Below are positions 1-13,320 of a DNA stretch of 64,000 bases, one piece after another. Position 1 is the first letter of the stretch. Every line of letters starts with the position of its first letter. The notes under the pieces are model-generated. The model did not search any database and was not told the DNA's origin. It saw nothing but the letters and a program-made list of their open reading frames with translations. Origin of the DNA: Octopus sinensis (taxonomy: Eukaryota). Location of the stretch: assembly GCF_006345805.1 (NCBI RefSeq), contig NC_043006.1, forward strand, positions 72,106,001 to 72,170,000. Reading direction: 5' to 3'. The position numbers and the translations under genes are program-made.

Positions 1-394
1 AGGAATTGAATTTTCGTCTGTGGAAATCCCATTACATGCTGGAGCTAAAACCTGAAGACCGCAGAAGTCCAGATCTCACTCAATGTGATTTTTACCTGTG
101 GGGTTACACAAAAGAAGAGGTGTACTAGAAAAAATCTCACACACTAGAGGACTTGAAGATTCAGATGGTTCTCAATGATATCCCAGACGATGTCCTTCAA
201 AAGGTTGTTCATTCCATCCCTGGCCATTTGAGGAAACTAGTTGATGCCACCGGTGCTTATGTTGAAATATGAAGACTTACTTTCATTTTCCCATATAATA
301 AAGAACATGTGTCATTTGTTTCCATAAATTTGTAGAAAGAATATGGATTTTAATACCAATTTTTTATGCCTACTTACTTTTCACCCACCCTGTA
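1..394 (+). mobile_element. Tc1/mariner-superfamily DNA transposon, 3' remnant (transposase C-terminus plus right end)
   Basis: 63-272 translates RSPDLTQCDFYLWGYTKEEVY*KKSHTLEDLK...RKLVDATGAYVEI*, matching the SPDL(x)P(x)DFxLWG motif of Tc1/mariner-type transposases, with one in-frame stop. The element ends ...CACCCACCCTG followed by TA (393-394). Confidence 0.8.
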
Positions 395-739
395 TATGTA
401 GTTGTAGCGAGTACTGACTGACTGGTGACATGTAATAAGCACCATTTGAGCGTGGGTCATTACCAGTGCCACCTGATTGTCTCCTTATGCCAGTGGAATG
501 TAAAAAGCACCATGCTGAAGTGATCAGTGCCAGTGCTTTCGACTGGCTCCCGTGCTGGTGGCATGTAAAAAGCACCCACTACACTCTCAGAGTGGTTGGC
601 GTTAGGAAGTGCATCCAGCTGTAGAAACCTTGTCAGATCAGGCTGGAGCCTGGTGCAGCCTCCTGGCTTGCCAGTCCTCAGTCAAACCGGCCAACCCATG
701 CCAGCATGGAAAGCAGACATTAAGCGATGAAAATGATGA

Positions 740-804
<65 letters not shown>

Positions 805-1478
805 ATATGTATATATATATATGCACATGTGCACACACACACACACCACACACACACACACACATGCATAGAAACATGAGTGTGTCTGTGTGAGTGTGTA
901 GGATGTGTATGCATATGCATGTGTGCATGTATGTGTGTACATGTATGTGCATATGCATCAGTATTTATATTTTCACTGGTGTAGTTTATATATGTATGAT
1001 TTTTTATGTTCTGCAACTTAACAATTCAACAAATGGACATTGATAAATAAATACTTGATTGAAATAATTACAGGAGCCATGTGAGTACCTAAATCTTTGA
1101 CTCTGGTGCTTTAGTATGATCAAAAACTAAAATTTGAAATCAGTCAAAGCATAACAGAATCCACAAAAACAATAAATTTCAATAGTAATCTTGTCAAAAT
1201 ATTCTGGTTTTGATGACAATATTTATCCTTTTAAACTTTCCATTCAGATATTAAAATATTCTCATTAAACTTTACTCTATGTAGTGATTTGAAAAAAATA
1301 CAAAACAAACAAACCTAAAATCAACCAAAAATTTATGATAGAAGTATTTCTCTTTGTTTTAAAATAACCCCAGTACCACAACTACTACTATCATCACCAC
1401 CACCACCACTACTGCCATTACTACTTCCACCACTATCATTTTAAACTAACCATTTCTTATAATTAATTTTCTCTGTAG

Positions 1479-1586
1479 ACTGAACATCATCCGCATCTGG
1501 TACAGCACGAAGTATGGAAGTTTTGTCAAGAGAATAACATACAATATCAAGCATATTCTTCACTTGGAGCATCAAAAGACAATATG
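1479..1586 (+). CDS. Aldo-keto reductase internal exon (36 codons)
   Basis: Acceptor ctctgtag ends at 1478; donor gtaagt starts at 1587; reads TEHHPHL...AYSSLGASKDNM. Confidence 0.92.
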
Positions 1587-4114
1587 GTAAGTTTCCTAAT
1601 CTTAGCACCACAAGCATATAATTGAAGCTTGCCTCTGATTGCTGGTTAGTACCAGGTATCACTGTTAGTGACTGGTCAGATTGATGTATAATATGTATAA
1701 TAGCCACTATTTGTACACTTCTTACTCTAACAATATTTACAAATGCATGTGTGTATATACACATGCATGCATGCATACACACACACACATACACGCAACA
1801 AACTTCATTTGGTTTCTGTTTACCAAATCCACTCACAAAGCTTTGGTCAGCATGGGGTTATAGCAAAAAATATTTGCCCAAAGTGTCACACTGGTATTGA
1901 ACCCAGAACCATGTGGTTGAGAAGCAAACTTCTTACCACACAGCCACACCTATATGACTATTCAAATTTACACAAACTATTGCATATATTAACATGAAAC
2001 AAATGAAATACCTGAAAATAGAGCAGTGTTTTGAATAGCAATATATAATGAATGGTACACCATGGTTAGTAGAGCAAGGATCATATACAATGAACTGCTA
2101 TGGTGGAAGAACATAGGTGTGTATTTTAAATATTCATTCACAACTTTTTTCTATTGAGCATGGTTGGCTGGTTCTGTAAATCTAGAGATTTTCATGAATC
2201 AATTTCTTTACTCAGTTCAGAAGCAAGTACAATACATCAGAAAGAGAAGGTTGTAGGCTATTTAAGGTTGTCTAGAATAATCACACTTGTGCTTCTATTC
2301 TTCTTTTGGTTGTGGAAGCTTCTTTAAGTTTTTTAGTCTACAGCTGGTGCCTTGAAAATACACCCTGCACCACTCTTTAAAGTGGTTGGCATTAGGAGAG
2401 CGTTCTGCTGAAGAAGTCGGTAATCTTTTGGCTGCCAAATAAACTTTATTTTCATTTACGTATTTTCTATGTTATCTCAACAACTAGCTATAGTTATATA
2501 AAAGACACAGCTCTACAAGAATCATTAGAAAGAGAAAATAGTTTCACACTTTCAATTTTAACCAAAATTAGAAAGTGTTGCATTGTGAGAGTGATGATGT
2601 GTGAATAATGAAAGTAATATTTTTCTGAATTAGCCACATCATCATCATCGTCGTCGTCGTCATCATTTAATGTGTGCTTTCTCTGCTGGAATGGGATGAA
2701 CAGTTTGATTGAGAACTGGCAGGCTGGGAGGCTGCACCAGGTGCCAGTCTGATTTGGCAAGGTTTCTACAGCTGGACGCTCTTCTTAATGCCAGCCACTC
2801 TGAGAGTGTAGTGGATGTTTTTATGTGTCACTGACACAGGAGCCAATCAGGCGGCACTGGCATCAGCCACGTTTGAATTCTGCTTTTTATATGTCACCGG
2901 CATGGGTGCCAGTCAGGTGGCACTGGCATTGGCCATGCTTAAATGGTGCTTCTTACATGCAACCGGCATAGGTGCCAGTCAGGCACCCATCTGTACTATA
3001 ATAAAAAAAGCTGCTTATCATCTATGTCATCATCATCGTTTAACATCCGCTTTCCATGCTAGCATGGGTTGGACTACATACACGCACACACATATATACG
3101 ACGGGATTCTTTCAGTTTTCGTCTACCAAATCCACTCACAAGACTTCGGTTCAGCCCGAGGCTATAGTAGAAGACACTTGCCCAAGATGCCACCGAGTGG
3201 GACTGAACCCGGAACTATGTGGTTGGTAAGCAAGCTACTTACCACACAGCCACTCCAGAAAAAAGTGAAACATTGGGAGGTTTTAAGCTTTTTCAAAGCG
3301 GGTAGGTGATGGGTGGATGTGGTGGAGTAAGGGGCAGTGAGTGTTTCTTTAAGAAAGCTTAAACTTTAAATAAAATATATATTTGCCAGATTCATAATCT
3401 CTGTATTTTTCTACATGGATAAAAAAAAAAAATTCGAAAAAATTACAAATTAAGAAATTGCAGTGGGGATGGGGGAAAATAAAAAATTTGAAATTGGGCA
3501 AAATCATATTAACCCCCTTTTATACAATGAAGCAATACATAGTTTGTGATCCTTCTTAAGAACAGAAAGCACTTTCATGCAAACCCATGCAAATTGTACC
3601 CTTCCTACTTTCACTTTTAAATAAACAATAACTTCCATTATGCCAGTAATCCAGTTCACTATATATCAGCTGTACCGATTCTGGCCATAAGAAAGGAACA
3701 AATAATACAATGCGGTTGTAGGTCATAACACCCTGGCAATGCCGGGATGCATTGCTAGTGTGTGTATGTGTGTATATATGTATATATGTGTGTGTTTGTA
3801 TATATATATATATATGCATCCGTTCATGCATGCGTTCATTCGCGTGTTTGTTCGTTTGCTTGTTCTTCTTGTGCTTCTTGTGCTTCTTTGCTTGATATCA
3901 TGTCAGCTGTAAATGAGTGTCACCACCATACAAGCGATGTCGTTTGTTTTTAATCTTCTATGGAAACATGGAAACATGTCTAGTCATAGACACAAGTAAG
4001 AGTTGGTAACAAGAAAAGCATCATACAATAAAAAAAATCTGTCTTAATGAATTCTAACTGACCTGTGCAAACATTGAAAAATGGATGTTAAAAGAACAGC
4101 TGATGATGATGATG

Positions 4115-4163
<49 letters not shown>

Positions 4164-4183
4164 AGTGTGTGTGTGTGTGTGTA

Positions 4184-4224
<41 letters not shown>

Positions 4225-5192
4225 GTGTGTGTGTGTGTATTGTAAGTGTATGTATGTATTACTGTATTTTGTCATGTATCTATGCATTTGTGTTTAGTTT
4301 TCTTTGTAATGGTTTCTTTCTGAATGTTCCTGTGGCAAATAAAGAAATCCTTTTTGTGATTGTAGCTTCTGAATGATGCAGTTATAAAAGAAATTGGTAA
4401 GAAGCATCAAAGGCCAGTTGCCCAGATATTACTCAGATGGGCAATACAACAGGGAATTGGTACGTATCATTTATATAACAACAACAACAACAATATATGT
4501 TTATTGATTGACATGAGCATACCTTGTGGTCATAATATCTCAGCAAAAAAATTTGATAAACTCGGGAAAATATAAAGATTCGCTGATTGAAAAAAGAAAA
4601 TGTGGTATCTCAAGGTTGTTACAATACCAGTGATTGTAGGAGCACTTGGAATGATAAAAAAAGGAACTGAAATTATTTTAGGATGATTCCTGGCTTATCA
4701 TCTATTCAAGAAGTGCAAAAGATTGTTTTAACTGGTATGTCACATGTACTGAGAATAGCATTGTTATTGTGAATTTTCTTTCCTTGTTTCCCCATTATTT
4801 TCTTTGATTTCTTTTTTCCCTTTTTTCCCCTATTTTAAAGAATTTTTCTTCTTTCCTTTTCTTTCTTTCTTCCCCTTTTTTTCTGTCTCATGACTTTGTA
4901 AAGGAACAATCTGATGTGTTTATTTTAATGGCCTACCAATGTATACAGTGAGTTTCTTTGCCCTAGGTGTCAGGAAGACACTTGGCAAGAAATGGGAACA
5001 AAATTTGTGGGGGAGGGAAGTCATCAATTACATTGAACCCCAGTGTTTCACTGGTATTTATTTAATCGACCCTGAAAGGATGAAAGGCAAAGTCGATCTC
5101 AGAGGAATTTGAACTCAGAATGTAAAGATGGGATGAAGTGTTGCTAAGCATTTTGCCCAGCATGCTAACGATTCTGCCAGTTCTCCACCTTC

Positions 5193-5227
<35 letters not shown>

Positions 5228-6746
5228 TATAATAATAATAATAATGGTTTCAAATTTTGGTACAAGGCCAGCAATTTCTGGGGTTGGGAGGAGTAAGTCG
5301 ATAACATCACCCCCCCCCCCAATGCCCAACTGCTACTTATTTTATCAACCCTGAAAGGATGAAAGGCAAAGTTAACTTCAGCAGAATTTGAATGTTGCTA
5401 AGGTTTTTCCTTGGGGTGCTAATGACTGCCAACTTGCCACCTTAGCATTAATGATAACAATATTTGTAAGTCCAGTGTAATTCAAATACAGTATTGTTGG
5501 ACTGGCTAGATGGGACTTGATTAATTGGTATGATGTTTAGGCTGCTTGCTGTCCCATATTAAAATCAACTCCAAACTGTGTTTGATAAACATTTATTTAT
5601 ACATTTCAAATATTTACATGATTATACAGCTACTTGTCAGGGCTGTATTGTCAGTAGTAAATTGCATTTCTTGTTGAATTAATAATAAAGAATGGCTTCT
5701 TGTGAGAGGTGGGAAAATACTCTGCTCTTCATAGACAATGATTCCTTTAGCTCGAAGTTGAGCAGCAACCAAGGAATCTGTCTTCTTAAGGACTTGTATG
5801 TGTCCACCTGTGTGTGTGTGTGTTTTTCTCTCTCTCTCTCTGGTGTGATCACCCATGTCTCTGCTTTTATAACCCCCATTTGTGCAGAAATATAGAATTT
5901 TTGATAATATGGGGTGATATTGCTGCAAGATGATTGGTTAGTATTCAGGGCAAGTTGCCTGATCTGATGTCTGATCCTAGTTACAAAACCTACACGGTTT
6001 TGAATCTAGGCCTCACTACTGTATCATAATCAGCATCTATTAAACCCATACCATGCTGGTATGGGTTTGATGGCTTGTCAGGATTTGACTAGACTGAGGG
6101 CTACATTGGTCTCCAATGTCTGCATTAGAAAATTTCTATGGCTGGATGTATTTTACGGAATGTACTGGGTACTTTTTTATGGCACCAGCATTAGTGAGGT
6201 CACCAGGTGACTAGCAAATGAAGATTCTTTGACAGAGTAGAGATGTGGTATTGAGAGTAGTTGATTTGTGTTAGGTGTGAGGCCAAAGTATGAAAGATGT
6301 CTTGCTTTTTAATGTTGGATGCCCTTCCTATCTTGAATCCCTTTACAGCATAGATTCAATACATTTTATCATTCCTCTGGTACTAGAGGGATATTTTCTA
6401 AAACCTGTCTACTATATAAAAAATGTTATATGCATTTTCAGTTTCCATCAATGTCCTATATTAATATATATATATATGTGCGTGTGTGTGTGTGTATGCA
6501 TGCTTGTGTACACACATATGCATGTGCATGCACACACACAATTGTAAGTGTACTAATTTTACTCAACTGCTGTTCTGATTCTGTTTCTCATCTTTTGTAG
6601 GAGTTTTACCAAAATCTACAAACATGCAACACATATCAGAAAATGCAGATATCTTTTCGTTTGAACTCGATGATGAAGAGATGAAGATGATTAGCCAAAT
6701 AGATAGTCAGCATCATTATTGCTGGGACTCCTCAACTATTGTTTAA
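1479..6746 (+). CDS. Aldo-keto reductase family protein, last three coding exons: join(1479..1586,4366..4459,6601..6746); upstream exons lie outside the window
   Basis: Spliced translation: TEHHPHLVQHEVWKFCQENNIQYQAYSSLGASKDNM/LLNDAVIKEIGKKHQRPVAQILLRWAIQQGIG/VLPKSTNMQHISENADIFSFELDDEEMKMISQIDSQHHYCWDSSTIV*. AKR motifs ExHP, AYSSLG, AQILLRW and (I/L)PKS are present. All introns are GT-AG with compatible phases (0 and 1). Confidence 0.93.
4117..4240. repeat. (TG)n microsatellite; other long arrays: (TA)n 744-790, 7350-7382, 8670-8722, 17250-17372; (AAT)n 5193-5245, 32069-32140; (ATCT)n 61352-61436
   Basis: Directly visible. These arrays produce most of the spurious YIYI/HTHT/CVCV ORFs in the ORF track. 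Confidence 0.95.
4366..4459 (+). CDS. Aldo-keto reductase internal exon (94 nt)
   Basis: Acceptor ttgtag ends at 4365; donor gtacgt starts at 4460; reads LLNDAVIKEIGKKHQRPVAQILLRWAIQQGI plus 1 nt. Confidence 0.92.
6601..6746 (+). CDS. Aldo-keto reductase terminal exon
   Basis: Acceptor ttttgtag ends at 6600; reads GVLPKSTN...HYCWDSSTIV, stop TAA at 6744-6746. Confidence 0.92.
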
Positions 6747-7336
6747 AACTTAAACATTTAAATAACTATCTTGTCTTGTTTTCATTGATTTTGTAAATAT
6801 AACAACATCATTATTATCAGCATTAGCATAGGTATTATCATTTAATGTCTGTTTTCTGTGCTAGCATAGGTTGGACAGTTTGACAGGATCTGGTGAGCCA
6901 CAGGGCTATATCGTGCTCCATATCAGCTTGGCATGGTTCCTATGCCTTGATGCCTTTCCTAATACCAAGCAGCTTGTTGTGTGTACTGAGCGCTTTTTTT
7001 TTTGTGCTACCAGCTGTTACTTGCAAAATAAAAAAGAATAAGGAAAAAGGAAAAGGAAGGGTGGTGGGGTGAAAGGGAAAAGTTCTCCTCACTAAGTGGT
7101 TTAGAGAGTATTTGAGAAAAGATTTTATTCCAGGATTTTATGCCTGATTTTATGCTATAGAGAAGATTGAGGGTTGCCCTGTATTTATATAAGGGTGGGT
7201 AAGAGTATCTGGGAAAAAGTAAGATGATAGTGATGGATTACCAGAGCAAAACCCTCAAGAAGCAAGAGATGGGAGCAGGGAGGCAGTTATAAGAGTGTGA
7301 GGGAAGAGTAAGAGCTGGTTAACTATGGCAGTATAG

Positions 7337-7387
<51 letters not shown>

Positions 7388-7394
7388 CAGGGGT

Positions 7395-8666
7395 ATCAAG
7401 TAATGAAGGTCATGGAGAGGGTCATAGCCCAACTAATTAGGGAGAGAGTCAGTTTAGTTGAGATGCACTTTGGGTTTGTGGCAGAGAAAAGCACCACTGA
7501 TGCTATATTTCTGGTAAGACAGCTGCAGGAGAAATACCTAGCCAAAGATAAACCTCTGTACCTGGCTTTCGTTGACATGGAGAAAGCCTTTGGCAAGGTC
7601 CCCGGATCCCTTATCTGGTGGTCAATGAGGAAACTGGTGAGAGCTGTGAAAGCCATGTACAGGGATGCTGTCAGTAAGGTGAGGGTTGGCAATGAGTACA
7701 GTGAAGAATTCAGAGTAGGGGTAGGGGTCCACCAAGGATCTATTCTCAGCCCCCTCTTATTCGTTATAGTCCTTCAAACATTGGGCCTTACTGAGGCAAT
7801 GACTAGTGATCAGGACCTTTGGAGATATGCTGTGCTTGAGAAGACCCGACAAGCCGAGTGAGACCATAGCCCATGGCCTATGCCAGTGGTTGTAACCAGT
7901 CCATTTGTGAATACCCCTCAGTCATTGGACAATAAACCTTGCTTGTGAAGACCTATTGAGATAAGTGAAATTAAAATGAAAATTGCTGACGTGGCCAACG
8001 ACTGTACCGCCTAATTGCCACTCATGCCAGTGGAACTCTAAAAGCACATCTGAATGTGGGGTGTAACCAGCCCACTTATGAGTACCTCTCATTCATTGGA
8101 CAATGAACTTTGCTTGCAAAGACCTATTGAGGCAAGTGTAAACAAACCAAAATCACTGATGTGGCTGATGACAGTACCACCTGATTGGCACTCATGCCAG
8201 TGGAACATTAAAAGCATATCCGACTGTGATCATTGCCAGGGCTACAGATTGGTTCCTGTGCCGCTGACACGCGAAAAGCACCATTCAAGCATAATCATTG
8301 CCAGGGCTACAGATTGGTTCCTGTGCCGGTGACACGTGAAAAGCACCATTCAAGCATAATCATTGCCAGCATCACCTTACCAGTACATGTGCCGGTGGCA
8401 TGTGAAAAACAACATTCAAGCATGATCATTGCCAGTGCCGCTGCACTGGCTCTCGTGCAGGTAGCAAGTGAAAACACTTTTTGTGCATGGTCGTTGCCAG
8501 AACTGACTGACTGGCCTTCTTTTCGGTGGCATGTAAAAAGTACCCACTACACTCTCGGAATGGTTAGGATAAGGAAGGGTGTCAAGCTGTAGAAACTTTG
8601 CCAGACCAAATTGAGCCTGGTGCAGCCTCTGGCTCACCAGTCCTCAGTCAAACCATCCAACCCATG
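7395..8666 (+). mobile_element. RTE-clade LINE, 5'-truncated and internally deleted copy
   Basis: ORF 7403-7861 (MKVMERVIAQLIRERVSL...HQGSILSPLLFVIVLQ|TLGLTEAMTSDQDLWRYAVLEKTRQAE) is near-identical to parts of the 14598-16403 RT, with a large deletion. The family 3' UTR follows. Confidence 0.88.
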
Positions 8667-8667
8667 A

Positions 8668-8725
<58 letters not shown>

Positions 8726-10554
8726 TACACACACACACAAAATATTTACTTTTATAAATATAATTATAAAATTATAATAATAAATTATAAATAACATTTA
8801 TAGTTTTATAATTTTTATAATTATATTTTATAATTTTATAATTATATTTATAAAATTAAATACTCTTAAGTTTTACCTAAGTTGGTTTTTACATGCTAGC
8901 TACTTGATAAAGTAAGTCCCTTATAAATTTTATCCTTGGTTATAGTTGATATATATATATTACTCTAAGTAGAAGTGGCAGTGCTCATGGTCTTTGTAGG
9001 TTACAGTACAATATTTGTAAGATTAATGTGGTTGATGTTCAACTTGTAAGTTCATGTCTTCTTGAAAAATATAGTTGGAAAGAAATTCCAAAGGGTTGCA
9101 ATAGAATATACTGGGTCAAATTTTTAGTGTGGGATCTTTGAGGTGAAATACAGCAGAGTTGATGAAAGGAGGAGAGACAGGAAGGATGAATGGATCTAAG
9201 TGAGGATGATGACATGCAGATAGCTAGTTGACAGGAGGTGGAAGTAATTGTAACTTTGTAAGAGTGGTAGAAGTGCCAGAGAGAGAGAGAGAGTGGAAAT
9301 GGTATTTTCGTGAGGAAATAGTTAAATGTGTTGATAAGTGAATATTTAGCAAAACGTTGGATGTCTTTCCTTTAGTTGTATCCTTGTGTATCTGCGTGGG
9401 TATCAGCAACGCAGTCCTGTATGTGTGAGCAGTAGTCCAATGCATGTCTTGTGTATGTTCACTAATTGATTATGGCTATTAAAAGGCAATATTTGTAGGG
9501 GTAGCTTATCCTGTTCAGGCTATATTATTAGTATTATCCTGCGTTTTAGAATATATAATCACTTCTTTAACTTTCTAAGACATCCCAACGCTTCTAAAAC
9601 AAACTTCGTTTGTTTGTTTACTTTCAATGTATGTTTATGAGAGATTCATCATCATCATCGTTTAATGTCTGTTTTCCATGCTAGCATGGGTTGGATTGTT
9701 CAACTTGGGTCTGGGAAGCCAGGAGGCTGCACCAGGCTCCAGTATGATCTGGCAGTGTTTCTACAGCTGGATGCCCTTCCTAACGCCAACCACTCCAAGA
9801 GTGTAGTGGGTGCTTTTTATGTGCCAGAGGAGGCTGGCAACGGCCACGATCGGTTGATGCTTTTTATGTGCCACTGGCACAGAAACCGGGCAAGGTGGCA
9901 CTGGCCTCGGCCACGTTCGGATGGTGTTTTTTATGTGCCACAGACACGGGTATCACAACTACAATTTCCATTTGATTTTTATGTGAATTGTTAATGTGTT
10001 TGAAGGATTTAATCATACTGTTGCAGGTAAACTACTTGAGTATTTTAAAGGCATGGGTTTAATAAAAGTAAAATGAAGAGACATGTTTTCAGTTACTAGC
10101 TGAGCTGGTTCAGAGTGATTGATAGTGAAAAACATTTGCTGCCAGGAGTATTCAGCATAGAATTCACAGTAATTTACTGCTGTAAGATCTTACAGGATCT
10201 GGCACCAAATTTTAGCAGTGAAAAATATGAAAGACCTGAACTAGGTATCATTTATGCAGTACCAAACATCTTCCAACCACTTTTCCCCAAGTTAAGACCT
10301 GATACTCCAATAGACTGGAGTGCAAAGGGTCTCAGGTCTTCGATGTCTTTCTGTAAAACCTGTATGGAGTAGGTGAGACGATATTCAAAAAACACTTGGA
10401 CACTGCTATGTAAGGTTCTCAGATAAAACTGTATCACAACAAACAGAGGTACAAATTTACCAAGTACAAATTTCCTTTCTATATTGTGTGTTCTTTAGAG
10501 GAACACTCATACTGCTTGAAATAGCAGTCAGATCTCCCTCAAATCACACCTTAA

Positions 10555-11100
10555 TCATCATCATCATCCAGTGTTTTAAATCTGGGTTTTGTCCCCGTTA
10601 ACAGGGGTAGCTGGATCTACCTCAATGCCATAGCAACCACCCTCACACCATCTTGCCATATTGCCCTGTTTTGCGCATCCTCCCATCTCAAGCCAACCCT
10701 CCCATACTCCTCCTCCACCTGTCCCCTCCACATTTCCTCAGTCTACCTTGCTTTTTCGGTCCATTTACCTCAAGCACCCTCCTCAGAACATGCTCCTCAA
10801 CACATGCCCATACCACCACACTCCATTCACCTTTGCCAGCCATTCCATTGATTCCCCCAACCCCAACATCTCCATCAGGTCCTCAGTCCTCCTTTTATCA
10901 AACAGCTTCACTCCATACATTTCTCTCACCATAGCTCTCTTGGTCCTTCTCAAAATTGCCATCTCTCTCTCCCTCAGACACCATGTCTCACTCTCATACA
11001 GCATTGCAGCTCTCATGCAGTTCCTGTAGACCCTTCCTTTCATCTTCAATGAGAACCTTTCTTCCCATAACAACACTCCACATTCCCTGAGCTTCACCCA
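10555..11100 (-). mobile_element. RTE-clade LINE, second family, 3' fragment with (GAT)n tail
   Basis: Minus ORF 10783-11097 KGRVYRNCMRAAMLYESETW...WYGHVLR is an RTE ORF C-terminus; a (CAT)n run on + at about 10555 is the tail. The same tail recurs in sense orientation at about 41020-41095. Confidence 0.8.
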
Positions 11101-11259
11101 GCCAAGTATCTTACAGAAATGAAAAGGAGAATGCAGTCATAGAGATACAAAAAAGGGGTGGTCATAACTAAACAACTTTGATTGTAAGTCTGCTGGATTG
11201 AAGCTGGCCTCGGGCTAAACAGATACAACAACAACAACAACAACAAAGATAATCCTTTC

Positions 11260-11636
11260 TATTATAGGTACAAGGCCAGAAATTTGGAGGTAGGGGGCAG
11301 TCGATTAGATTGATCCCAGTATGTAACTGGTACTTAATTTATCGACCCCAAAAGAACGAAAGGTAAAGTTAACCTTGGCGGAATTTGAACTCAGAACATA
11401 AAGGCAGACAAAATACCTATTTCTTTACTACCCACAAGGGGCTAAACACAGAGAGGACAAACAGATTAAGTCGATTATATCGACCCCAGTGCGTAACTGG
11501 TACTTATGTAATCGACCCCGAAAGGATGAAAGGCAAAGTTGACCTCGGCGGAATTTGAACTCAGAACGTAACGGCAGACAAAATACCATTGAGCATTTTG
11601 TCCGGTGTGCTAATGATTCTGCCAGCTTGCCGCCTT
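11260..11636 (-). mobile_element. tRNA-derived SINE family A, dimeric form
   Basis: Repeat with box-B-like GAGTTCAAATTCC, present many times in the window; two tandem units joined at ...GCAGACAAAATACC|TATTTCTTTAC. Confidence 0.8.
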
Positions 11637-11968
11637 AACAACAAAAAAGATAATGAAACCCTTGATGCACTATGTCTAGCAGATCAGGGCTTTTCTGAAG
11701 CTAAACAACAACAACAAAGGACACATTAGATAATGTAGATACATTATGTCTGAGAACAGAGCTGAACAGGGGCTAAACAACAAAATATCTTCAGAGGTAT
11801 CCTTATGACTCATATTTACATGACTGTTGTTCTCCCACCTCAATATCTGGGTTATCTGTCTTCCCATGATTAACTGACTCCATCGATTTCCTACTTTATC
11901 TTGAAGTGGAAGTGATATCAAGTTTTAGATAAGGATGGTTTAGTGACATATTTTTCTTTTATGATTTA

Positions 11969-12232
11969 GTGTGAAGAGGGGGACAGTACCCATGGCCCTC
12001 ACAGATCTAACCACAATGGTCAGAGTATTAGGGTTTAGTCAGTAGGGAGGGGCAGTAATCGTGGCCTTCACAGATTTGCTCACGTTGGTCACATTGTTAG
12101 GGTTTATACTTGGTTTAGTCAGTAGAGAGGAGCAGTAACCATCACCTTCACAAATTTACCCACCTTGATCACATTGTCAAGGTTTATACTCACTAGTTTA
12201 TTGTCAGTAGGGAGGGGCAGTACCCCTAGCCT
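11969..12232. repeat. Degenerate tandem repeat, about 70-85 bp unit, about 3.4 copies
   Basis: Recurring AGTCAGTAGGGAGGGGCAGTA...CCTTCACAGATTT...GGTCACATTGTTAGGGTTT; units start near 11969, 12038, 12118 and 12203. Confidence 0.7.
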
Positions 12233-12600
12233 TTATAATTTCTCCTAGACTACTCAGTTTATACCAATTGCTTGAAAAATGAGTAAAAAGGGAATTTTAG
12301 TTTGATATTGGAATGGCAAGGAAGAAATTTCAGTCTGATTTGATGCCATGTTTTCATTTATATATGAACCTATGGTCAATCAGGAAGTATTTAAAAGATT
12401 TATTTTTAAATGCCATTCTGCTTTTTGAGGAATTTTGCAGATGTTGGAAAGTAAACTTCAGAAAAGTCACAGATACTTATTTCCCAATTTGGTTAGGAAT
12501 ATAAATTTAAATGTCTTGCTCAAACAACAAGAGTAAAATGTGAAATCACAGTTAATAATTAATGAATTGGTAATTTGATAAATATTTTCAGTCTGTCATT

Positions 12601-12632
<32 letters not shown>

Positions 12633-13210
12633 CATTGTGTACAGTGCTCAGGTGCACTACAACTCATCGAAAGTGTATATATAATCAGGTGTAGTTTCGA
12701 CGGATTTCGGAAAGCATGAGGGCCTTAAAGGATGCAGTGTCATGGCAGTCAACAACTGACGCAGGCAGTTTATTCCATGCTTCAGCAACTCTGAGTGTGA
12801 AGAAATGTTTCCGAAAGTCATGGGAGCTGTGTTGTTTTCTGACTTTGTAGGCATGTCCACGTGTGTTAGACACATGGAGATCAAAAAGGTGTTCAGTGTT
12901 GTTATTGGTGAGGTGGTTGACAACTTTGTGGGCATTTACCAAGTCCGTCGCCAGACGCCGGAGCTTCAGTGAATCCATGCCCAGGGAAACAAGGCGCTCA
13001 GAATATGGTAGGTGTCTGATGGAGGGTATGCGTTTTGTTGCACGTCTCTGAACAGATTCCAGGAGGTCAATGTTCTGAGCAAGATAGGGGTTCCAAACTG
13101 ATGATGCGAATTCCAAGTGTGGTCGTACCATAGCTGTATACAGTTTTAAATAGATGGCTGGAGAGCGGCTAACAAAAGTCTTGCTGAGTGATGCCAAGAC
13201 ACCCTCCATA
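12601..13210 (-). mobile_element. CR1-group LINE, 5'-truncated 3' end
   Basis: ORF 12685-13224: LYTAMVRPHLEFASSVWNPY...LESVQRRATK...LRRLATDL...TRGH...FFTLRVAEAWNKLP, a typical CR1-group ORF2 C-terminus, followed by a short 3' UTR and a (TTA)n tail at 12603-12630. Confidence 0.9.
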
Positions 13211-13320
13211 ACTATCAATGACACACAACTAAACTGTTAAGCCACTACCATTTCTATCTGGACAAGACGTTTTTATAATTTATATGTGGCTGTGTGGTAA
13301 GAAGCTTGCTTCCTAACCAT

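Noticed and set aside
609-1016. ORFs rich in YI/HT/CV repeats (also 4054-4376, 17073-17497, 60261-60637, 61273-61792)
   Set aside because: Translations of (TA)n, (CA)n and (TG)n microsatellites.
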